Shown here one piece after another: positions 12,657 through 20,000 of a stretch of DNA of 20,000 bases (the first letter of the stretch is position 1; every line of letters starts with the position of its first letter). The notes under the pieces were generated by a model. It was not told where the DNA came from and searched no databases. It worked only from the letters and a program-made list of their open reading frames with translations. Source of the stretch: Vermamoeba vermiformis (lineage: Eukaryota); NCBI GenBank assembly GCA_045837725.1, contig JBEWZL010000202.1, positions 557,235 to 577,234 of the forward strand, given 5' to 3'. Position numbers and translations under genes: made by a program.

Positions 12657-12895
12657 TTAGAACGCTGATCGCAGGGGATACAATTTTAAATTAATATTTG
12701 CCAAATTATAAGCAATTAATACCGCGATCTGCTGCAATTCTACGTTGTGGCGACAAACACTATCAGTAATTGCATAGTTTTTCACAAGACCAATTGTTGT
12801 TTCGACAACACTACACAATGACTTTTGCCTGTTGTTCCAATGTTGAGTTTTAGCTTCGGATGGGACAACTAGTTGCGGATGTGAATTTATATATA
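12657..12895 (-). pseudogene. Truncated C-terminal fragment of an IS5/PIF-Harbinger/ISL2EU-type (DDE_Tnp_4-like) transposase
   Basis: YINSHPQLVVP...WNNRQKSLCSVVETTIGLVKNYAI....CRH...QIAVLIAYNLAN fits the N..(R)..VE..IG..K...R.....LxN signature. The conserved Arg reads TGT (Cys), consistent with CGT>TGT. The upstream D and DxG motifs are missing, and a 21-bp tandem array lies further upstream. Confidence 0.65.
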
Positions 12896-12979
12896 TAACA
12901 AGGCTTGGCCATATAGGGGCTAGCCCAGTTATGACCATCTTGAACACAGGGTCAGGATTAGCCAAAGTTGGGAGGCAGC

Positions 12980-13145
12980 AAACCAAGTTCCAAGCAAGTC
13001 CTGAGGCAGTTGAACTACGTTCCGAGGCTGTCGAACCAAGTTCCGAGGCTGTCGAACCAAGTTCCGAGGCTGTCGAACCAAGTTCCGAGACTGTCGAACC
13101 AAGTTCCAAGGCTTTCTGAGGTGGTCAAACCAAGTTACAAGGCAA
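12980..13145. repeat. 21-bp tandem repeat (GAACCAAGTTCCGAGGCTGTC)n
   Basis: About 5 near-perfect copies at 13012-13114 with degenerate flanking copies. The array generates the spurious ELGSTAS/SSEAVEP/NQVPRLS ORFs in the track. Confidence 0.95.
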
Positions 13146-13370
13146 TCTAACCTTATTCAAAAAGCCTGTCAACGTTCACTAACCCAAAGAATAGTGAAAA
13201 AAGTAAATAAACATTTATTAAACCTCATTAGTCACAAGCATAGTGCAGTCACATGTATTTGACTTAATCAATTTAAGTTTTGTAACCAGCCATCACAAAG
13301 TAAAATTGAACTAAGTCAAACACTCATGACAGTGTATAAACCTCTTAAAACATACTGTGACTGCACTGCA

Positions 13371-13574
13371 AAAATTCATCCAAGTCCAACATTCGCGACC
13401 GCACTGGTCACAAAGTAAAATGACACGAAGTTCAACATTGTGACCATGCTGGTCACGAAGCGAAAATTCATCCAAGTCCAACAGTCGTGACCGCACTGGT
13501 CACAAAGTAAACTGACGCTAAGTTCAGCATCGTGACCGTGCTGGTCACGAAGCAAAAACCAATCCAAGTCCAAC
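13371..13574. repeat. 92-bp tandem repeat (2.2 copies) made of two ~46-bp subunits, each with a GTGACC-N5-GGTCAC inverted repeat
   Basis: Units start at 13371, 13463 and 13555. Dyads occur at 13395, 13440, 13487 and 13532 (spacing 45/47/45). Degenerate traces extend back to ~13280. Confidence 0.92.
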
Positions 13575-13969
13575 TATAGTAGGCTTCTGGGTTATAAAAA
13601 CCCACAGGTTATAGAGTTTAAAGAGCCTTCAAACTCCTTTTTTGTCAAACTTTTTCCAACCAAAATACATTTTGTATTTGGGACTTGTAATCAAAATGGT
13701 GTGGTCAAGTAAAAAAATAAAGCTTTTAAAAATGCATAATTTTTATTTCCAAACAACATAGCAAAATACTGGATAGCACAAGCAAAAGCTGGAGTTAATA
13801 TAATTTTTTATTTACAAATTTACAATTGAGTACATAGGAATCAGAGGGCAAGGCTGGACAAAGGCAAGGTGAAGGCTTGGGAAAGACAAAGTCCTACAGG
13901 AAAGGTTAAAAAAACAAAGTCATAAAAGGATGATCAATCAAATAAACACATCTGCATTCTCCAAGAGAG

Positions 13970-14879
13970 AATTGGCGGCTTCCAAGAGTAATGAGAAAGG
14001 AGAATGAAATTTCAATGTTGAGGGTATCAATGTTGGTTAATTGGTAAATGGATGCTTTAAATGAATAGAAGCATGAAGTATGATCCTGCTTCATATTCAT
14101 GTCCGCATCATAAATGATGGGCGGCACCCAATAGAAGAGAGATGAGTGGATGAGAGGAGAGTGATAGCAATCAATGCAAATAGATTGTTATTGTAATCAA
14201 TGCTATTTAACAGCTTATTAATGCTTTAAATCTATTGAAGCATGATATCTAATCCTGCTTCATTTCCGCTTTCATTCTGAAATGCGGCACACAGATAATG
14301 AGAATGATGCATTGAATCTAATGAATTTGTTCTTAATGTTAGGTGGATTCCAAGTAATGAGAATAGATAGATGATATCAATGTAAGTTCAATGTTAACGA
14401 ATGCTTTAAATGTATTGATGCACGATATCTGATCCTGCTTCTTTTCCGCATCATTCTGATTGGCGGTATCCAATAGAGTGAAATTGATTCAAATCCTATG
14501 ATTATTCTCTAAATGTTAGGTGGTATCCAAGAGAGATAGATGATGAATGATCAATGTTTTGTATCTATTTTCTTAGGTGGTACCCTATAATGAGAGAGTA
14601 GAGTGTGATCTAATGCAAAGTCTGCTCATTTCTATTTAATGTTAAGTGGATTCCAATGAGTGAGATCAAAGCAATTTAATCTGATGTGTGGTGGTATCCA
14701 AGTGAAGGAGAATTGAGTGTAAATGCTGATGCTTCAGTCAAATGTTAAGTGGTATCCAAGTAATGACATTCAATGCAATCTAATGCAAATATTCTCTGAT
14801 GTTAAGCGGTATCCTGATAAAGAGAATGATATTGGTGAATGTATGATGTTTTATTCTTAATGTTAGCTGGCACCCAATA
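13970..14879. repeat. Degenerate array of the motif TGTTA(G/A)(G/C)TGG(T/C)A(T/C)CCAA with variable AT/purine-rich spacers, plus three copies of a ~65-bp block
   Basis: GGTATCCAA-like cores at 13977, 14123, 14286, 14345, 14465, 14522, 14579, 14648, 14693, 14751, 14808 and 14869. The block ATGCTTTAAAT...ATCCTGCTTC...TCCGC recurs at 14052, 14221 and 14401. Confidence 0.8.
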
Positions 14880-14901
14880 TTGTGCCGTCAGGTCAAGTTT
14901 T
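14880..14901 (+). repeat. Left terminal inverted repeat
   Basis: Exact reverse complement of 17224-17245; preceded by TA. Confidence 0.96.
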
Positions 14902-14946
14902 GTCAAGATTTAACTTTTTACTTTCTTAAATTTATTTTTTTTACTT

Positions 14947-14981
14947 AAAAAAAAATCCCGCAGCCGTACACCGCTGCAGGA
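14947..14981 (-). other. GC-rich stem-loop followed by a U9 tract, directly after the ORF2 stop codon
   Basis: The minus strand reads TAA-GG-TCCTGCAGC-GGTGTACG-GCTGCGGGA-TTTTTTTTT: a 9-bp stem with one G-U pair, an 8-nt loop and 9 T. Confidence 0.75.
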
Positions 14982-14983
14982 CC

Positions 14984-16062
14984 TTAATAATTGATTAAAT
15001 ATTCAAGATAAGCCTTGCGCTTAAAGATTTCTTGCAACTTTTTGTCGAATTCTTCCAAATCCGTAATGCCGGTGAAATCCACAATGAACTCCTCTGTTTC
15101 AAACTCGACTATTTTCCTCTCATGTTCGCGGCGCTCTTGAAGACTTTTAAATGGTTTTCGTTTGGGTAAAACAGGCTCAGGAGGCAGATCAGCAGTTGCT
15201 TCCTTCGCTTCCACTTCGGATTCAGCCACGCTTTTTTCTGTGGCATCACTCGTGGAAATTTCAGCATCGCTTTCAAGCTCAAGGCCAATTGCGTAGTCAA
15301 ATGATGCTCCGACTGATGCAGTAAGCTGGAAATAGTTTAGATCCAAGAAGATTCACTAGATTTAATTTCAACGAACCTTTGGCTTCTTTTTCAAGGCCGG
15401 CGAATTATATTCCTCTATTTTTCGCTTCAAAGTAAGCGAGACGGCCTTGGATAGCCCTTCAGGATTCCTGATCAATTATGATCAGATTTGAAAACTTAAA
15501 AATTTAACAACCGTACTTATGCTTGCCGTTGGATTTCGGCACAAGAGACGTGGGCATGGAAAAACGGGTTTTGTTGAAGAGCTCTTGTTGCCTAGCTGTT
15601 TCATTGGCTTGATAAACCTGCTTTTCTTTGGCGTAGGCAGATTTGGCTCGTTCTTGCTCTTCATTTTTCTTGGTAACCCAGGCTTTGACTCGCGATGCTC
15701 TCTCATTAACGTTTTGGAGGTAGCGATGCTCAATTTCGACGTGCCCCTCTTTGCCAAATTAATTTCGAAGAATTTTTTGACAGATTGCGCAACTTACTTT
15801 GTGAGGTAAAATACTCTGTAGGACAAGTATCAATCGAGACACACGGACCGGTGCAAATTTTGCTATGCCCCACACCATTTTTGTATTGGTGGCAGGTGGT
15901 GCAAGTCTTGGTGCCCTTCTTCCTGTTACCAGGCGCGTTGTCTGGATCCCGGTACTGGTATTTAACTGGCTTTGGATCGTCTGGTACCAGTATATCGTAG
16001 TCACTTTCGTTGTACTTGCGAAACGATTGAAGAAGTGGTCGCTCGTTTGTGTTGTTCTCCAT
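14984..16062 (-). CDS. Transposon-borne ORF2, ~309 aa, 4 exons: Cys/His cluster (putative Zn finger), coiled coil, bipartite-NLS-like motif, acidic C-terminal region; function unknown
   Basis: Exons 16062-15798, 15748-15517, 15467-15377 and 15325-14984. GT-AG introns of 49, 49 and 51 nt give one open frame of 930 nt. The protein includes MENNTNERP...CTTCHQYKNGVGHSKICTGPCVSIDTCPTEYFTSQKGH...KKNEEQERAKSAYAKEKQ...LKRKIEEYNSPALKKKPKL...RKAYLEYLINY*. Confidence 0.82.
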
Positions 16063-16087
16063 AATTTTTGGATTTGAAATCAAAAAA

Positions 16088-17183
16088 ATGCCGCGAGGAC
16101 CACAAAACAGGCGCAAAGAGCGAAGAACCTTCCGCCTGGGTATATTGCGGCTGAGATATTATTTAAATCTCTACAGCCTTGCCCTGGACGTTGGTATTGC
16201 AGCTGCTGCTCGGATTTTGGGAGAATCTCGGCAGATTGTGCTTTACTGGGTCAATAAATTCCAAGACGAGACCTTCCACAGCAATTCACATGGTGGATGC
16301 CGCTGGGCGAAATGGAATGGCGAGGAGAGAATCCATTTGTTAAACAGTATTTGGCAAATCTGTAAACAAAATCCGCTTGCTGGAATTCCTGATTTTCAAA
16401 TCGCTCTACAAACGGAATATGGATTTGATAATGTACCTAGCCATGGCTGGTTATCAGCTCTGTTCAAAAAATGGCGGTGGTCATTCAAAAAACCGGATGT
16501 ACGTCAAATCCAGAAGTACAGCGAGGAAAATATCGCATATTATGCAACGTATCTCTATTGTATTCAAGATATTCCTTGGAATAAGATCAAATTCTGTGAC
16601 GAAAGCCACTTTGATTCTCGGGGTACGTGTCCTGATATTTTTGGAAGAAAATTCTGATCACGAAACAGATTTGCGAAAAAAGGCAGTATTATCGCCTATT
16701 AATCGCCCAGCATGTGTTGTGATGGAAAGTGGTCCCATTAGCAAGCGTTATACCTTGACACTTATGACTTCACTGAGCGACATTAATCCCTTCCCCGTTT
16801 TGTTTTCGCTGCGCGAAGAAACAAACACTGCCGATGCTTTCCTGGAGTTCGTTACATTTGCTATTGAACGCCACTACCTTGTGGATGGTGATTATTTAGT
16901 TATTGATAATGCACCGATCCACACAGCGACAGATGAACTTGCCGTTTTGGTAAATCTGCTAGAAACGTACAATATTCGCCTCATTTTTCTTCCCACATAT
17001 TCACCAGAATTAAATCCTTGTGAACTATGTTTTTCCTTCATCAAACGGACAATCCGAGAGCGATCAAATCCGAGAAATGATGGATTTGATACAGAAATCG
17101 TTAAAACGTGCCTTAAAATTACACCAGATAATGTATTTAACTTTTATACAAAGGCTATAATCGATGCCTTGTTCACTCAATAA
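16088..17183 (+). CDS. IS630/Tc1-like DDE transposase (DD38E), 349 aa, one 46-nt intron
   Basis: Exons 16088-16622 and 16669-17183; intron 16623-16668 is GTACGT...CTGAT..CAG. HTH motif GIAAAARILGESRQIVLYWVNK. Catalytic motifs FCDESHF, VIDNAPIH and FLPTYSPELNPCE, with 38 residues between the second D and the E. No stops after splicing. Confidence 0.93.
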
Positions 17184-17223
17184 TTAAAAATAATAAAAGA
17201 AAGTTAAAAGTTAATTTTTGCGT

Positions 17224-17245
17224 AAAACTTGACCTGACGGCACAA
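17224..17245 (-). repeat. Right terminal inverted repeat
   Basis: Exact reverse complement of 14880-14901; followed by TA. Confidence 0.96.
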
Positions 17246-17370
17246 TAAGAGAGATCAGTTCATTAAAGCTTCAATTCTTCTTTTTCTTCTGTTTTGATAG
17301 CTGGTACCCAATTAGTATACTATGTAGGGCTAACTTCCACTTTAGGGTTTAACTTTTTAACTTTTTTTAC

Positions 17371-17525
17371 AGGGGCGTCCCCGCGGCGTGGACGGGGGTC
17401 TGGTCAAACTTGGTCAACAAGGGGGCGTCCCCGTGGCGCGGACGGGGGTCTGGTCAAACTTGGTCAACAAGGAGGCGTCCCCGTGGCGCGGACGGGGGTC
17501 TGGTCAAACTTGGTCAACAAGGGGG
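17371..17525. repeat. 50-bp GC-rich tandem repeat, 3 copies
   Basis: Unit GGGGGCGTCCCCGTGGCGCGGACGGGGGTCTGGTCAAACTTGGTCAACAA starts at 17371, 17421 and 17471, with 1-3 differences per copy. Confidence 0.96.
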
Positions 17526-17804
17526 TTAACTTTGCAACCATGGCACAGATGCACTGGGGTAGTTCTGGAGTGACCAATTTGAATTCCGTGTCAAAGCGAG
17601 CTCTGACAGTACTTACATACTGTGATTGGGCTGATGGATTTTTGCAGATGGCTTTGTGGCTTATGCAAGTGATGCATTGACTTGGCAAAGTGTTTAATAT
17701 TGCCTTAGTGTAGTTGGTTTGAATTTCATCTAATAAAAGCTGCATTAAAATGAAGCTTGTAAATGGTGTGGTGACAAATTAGGCCTGAGAAGTTAGAAGC
17801 ATGG

Positions 17805-18176
17805 TGTGGGCAATTTCGTTGTTTGTCTATGGCCGGCCATAACAGAAATAAAAAAAATCTATGGCCACAGTGGGACTCGAACCTGTCATCGTGGTTTGAA
17901 TCCAGGCGCAGGTTCGAATCCAGTTGTGGGCAATTTTTTTATTTTCTTTATCGCCCGTATTTTTTTTTTTTTTTTTTCTTGTTTTTTCGCTATTTTTTTA
18001 TTTTCCCTCTATGGCCGGCCATAGAGTTGCTGCAACACTGGCGCAGGTTCAATTCCAGGTGTGGGCAAATATCTTATTTTTACTTTATGGCCAGCCATAA
18101 ATTGACTCCTGCCAAAGTCCTGGGTTCAATTGCAAGTTTATCATGGCATAATGTCTATCTTTATGACCAGCCATAA
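17805..18176. repeat. Cluster of tRNA T-arm/B-box-like motifs (both strands) interleaved with TATGGCCGGCCATA palindromes
   Basis: Minus strand CAGGTTCGAGTCCCACTGTGGCCA (17862-17885). Plus strand GGCGCAGGTTCGAATCCAGTTGTGGGCAA (17905-17933) and GGCGCAGGTTCAATTCCAGGTGTGGGCAA (18040-18068). Palindromes at 17828-17841 and 18007-18026 (perfect 20 bp), with degenerate copies at ~18085 and ~18161. Confidence 0.8.
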
Positions 18177-18402
18177 TATTCGAAATTTGCTGTTTGGTTG
18201 TCTTCTTGCAACTTGAACTTAACATTTCTGCTGAGCAGATCCCACCTCTTCCAAATTCTCAAACTCTCACCATGTTAATGCCAAATATTGCTATCCCTTC
18301 ATGTATATTCTATTATATCATATTCTATTCTATCCTGTGCACTGCCACAGGTTCCAAAAAGGCCTGATCCAACAAAAAGAAATTTGCATGAACTTCATTT
18401 AT

Positions 18403-19625
18403 TTACAGAGAATACATGCTCAGATCTACATTGTCATATGTGTTCTTGATATCCTCTATTATTGCTTGTGCCTGATCTTCAAGAATTAATTTAACAAGAG
18501 TTGCAACGGAAACAGGGGAGGAATAGTCGTTGATATCAAAATTGTTGGCAGAGTCAAGTAGCAGGAGCCTTTTTCCATCCTTAAGAAAATCACGAAGAAA
18601 CTTCAAGCAAATTGGCTTTGATTTCTCCATCACCCATAAGTATGGCAAAATGTGGAACAGGTGGTGCGCAATCTCGGCAGAAACTAAGGTTGTGCTTTTT
18701 TCCCCCTGTAAAGTCATGTAATTTAAATATAAGCTTATATTTGAAGTAAAAATAAAGTTACTTACCAATTGCCAACCAAGTAAATCTTTTGCTGGCTCTT
18801 TGCGCACGATCTTTTCTTGATGTTTTTGCAACATAACCACGTCGATGTTTGGATTGTGCTTAAACAACTTGAAGCACTCATAAAGCCCTTGAACAGTAAC
18901 AGAAATCCTTGCAGAATTAATTACCTGTCATTTGTGCGGTTAGCCTTGTGTCCTATTGCATTGCATTAAAAAACTAAAAGAAATACTTACAGGAATTTGC
19001 ACAATGCTTTGCATAGCGTATGGCTGCAGTACGTGGTAAATTCCATTTGGATCACTAAAACAAGCAATTAGCATACATTCAATTTAACAATATTTGTACT
19101 TACTGCAGGTCAATAACTTCCAAGTTGGTGAATTTTTTCTGCATTTCCGCAATTAATTTGGAGCTATTGACATTTGCAGTAAAAATGAGGGGAGGAGATT
19201 GCGCAGGGGAGGCTGGAGGGTTGGGAATAGAAGCTGTGTCGTGCACCTCATCCACATCAATAGCATTCGTGGGACCTCCTTGTGGGGAAAACCGGTCACT
19301 GAGGTCACTCTCAGAAGAAGTTTCTATTATTAACAGTTAGAATGACTAAGAACAATAAGATTTCAACAGTATTACCTTCAGACTGCTTCTTTGATTTGGA
19401 CTTGGCACGGGCAAGCGCATTCACCCTCTTTACTACAAGGAGGTAGAATTAGTAAAACAGGTGTCAATAACAAGATAAGTACATACTCTCCTCCTCGGTT
19501 GGTTTATATCCTGGAGGTTTGCCTGAAAAATGCCAGATGTCAGGATTCACCGAGACAGATGACAGAACAAAAATATAATAATACTCACCTGCGTAGAGCA
19601 TAATTATTTTGTCAGCAAAGTTCAT
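18403..19625 (-). CDS. Hypothetical multi-exon protein (>=7 exons); both ends uncertain
   Basis: Consecutive GT-AG introns join in phase: MNFADKIIMLYA|GKPPGYKPTEEE|IKRVNALARAKSKSKKQSE|ETSSESDLSDRF...PNPPASPAQSPP...LEVIDLH|DPNGIYHVLQPYAMQSIVQIP|VINSARISVTVQGLYECFKLFKHNP...GWQL|GEKSTTLVSAEIAHHLF...DNVDLSM. It stops at 18403, or at 18330 via one more intron. No family was recognised. Confidence 0.6.
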
Positions 19626-19885
19626 ATTTTTGGTTCAGTGTTGAATTTTGAAAATAAAGATTAGTTTTTGGATCGGATTTAAGCATGTACAACGAACTGC
19701 TGGTGAACTGACACCAGCAATCAATAAAAAACATTTACATTTAATATTACTTACCAAAATTAGGGTAAAAGGCAGGTGTTGTTGTGTTTCTACAGCTGTT
19801 CAATTTTGATCTGCGTGACTTGTAACGGTAAAAATTTCTTTCTTTTTTTAAGCTTGTTTACCCTCGCAACCACAACTCTCTCATC

Positions 19886-19957
19886 ATGGCTGAAGAATCC
19901 GCAACACGACACCAACAGACTTTGGTGCAAAAGAAGCTGCCGGACTTACCAACGGAT
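19886..19957 (+). CDS. Probable first exon of a gene running out of the window (possibly the start of an F-box)
   Basis: ATG at 19886, MAEESATRHQQTLVQKKLPDLPTD, then a consensus GTAAGT donor at 19958. LPDLPTD resembles the start of an F-box. Confidence 0.4.
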
Positions 19958-20000
19958 GTAAGTAATTTTTATAACAAAGCACTTAAATAATATTAAAATA

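Larger units (their letters stand above)
14880..17245. mobile_element. Intact 2,366-bp IS630/Tc1-mariner-superfamily DNA transposon with two divergent genes
   Basis: Perfect 22-bp TIRs: TTGTGCCGTCAGGTCAAGTTTT (14880-14901) and AAAACTTGACCTGACGGCACAA (17224-17245). The match extends imperfectly to ~48 bp (21/24 identity in the inner part). TA flanks both ends (14878-79, 17246-47). A DDE transposase lies inside. Confidence 0.95.

Noticed and set aside
12931-13573. Short repetitive ORFs (SSEAVEP, NQVPRLS, CDQCG)
   Set aside because: They are by-products of the 21-bp and 92-bp DNA tandem repeats and are open in several frames.
13970-14879. CRISPR array
   Set aside because: The repeats are short and degenerate, spacers share biased composition and partial similarity, there are no cas genes, and the context is eukaryotic.
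14984-16062. ORF2 as a Fanzor/TnpB RNA-guided nuclease
   Set aside because: No RuvC D-E-D motifs and no C-terminal CxxC...CxxC-RD motif. Only ~80 bp lie between the stop and the TIR.
16377-16668. Programmed ribosomal frameshift or pseudogenisation joining the two transposase ORFs, as in some bacterial IS630
   Set aside because: A 46-nt GT-AG intron with a branch-like CTGAT joins the frames exactly (DSR-D-LRKK) and matches local intron sizes.
17341-17347. Telomere-like TTTAGGG
   Set aside because: A single copy, expected by chance.
17860-17935. Functional tRNA gene(s)
   Set aside because: Only T-arm/3'-acceptor-like halves are present; no A box, D-arm or anticodon arm could be folded.
17294-18176. 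ORFs 17294-17680, 17388-17573, 17806-18024 and 17823-18176
   Set aside because: They are translations of the 50-bp repeat and poly-T tracts, with no coding signature.

Overview
Intron-rich, gene-dense eukaryotic DNA (many 45-110 nt GT-AG introns). A RacA/RhoBTB gene suggests an amoebozoan or similar protist, which is an inference. Bases 1-11.5 kb hold five host genes: a compact RING + tandem-BRCT BRCA1/BARD1-like gene (5' end outside the window), an F-box/ankyrin gene, THOC6, a RacA/RhoBTB GTPase, and a secreted, probably GPI-anchored FG-GAP beta-propeller protein. Bases ~11.6-18.2 kb form a CpG-depleted repeat/transposon island. It contains a decayed IS5/Harbinger-type transposase fragment, several tandem or motif arrays, and tRNA-B-box-like inverted elements. 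The most notable item is an intact 2,366-bp IS630/Tc1-mariner-type transposon (14880-17245; perfect 22-bp TIRs, TA duplication). It encodes a spliced DD38E transposase and, head-to-head 25 bp away, a 4-exon ~309-aa Cys/His-cluster protein that the ORF track splits into fragments. The window ends with an unknown multi-exon minus-strand gene and a probable first exon of another gene. All gene models were spliced by hand; no database searches were run.
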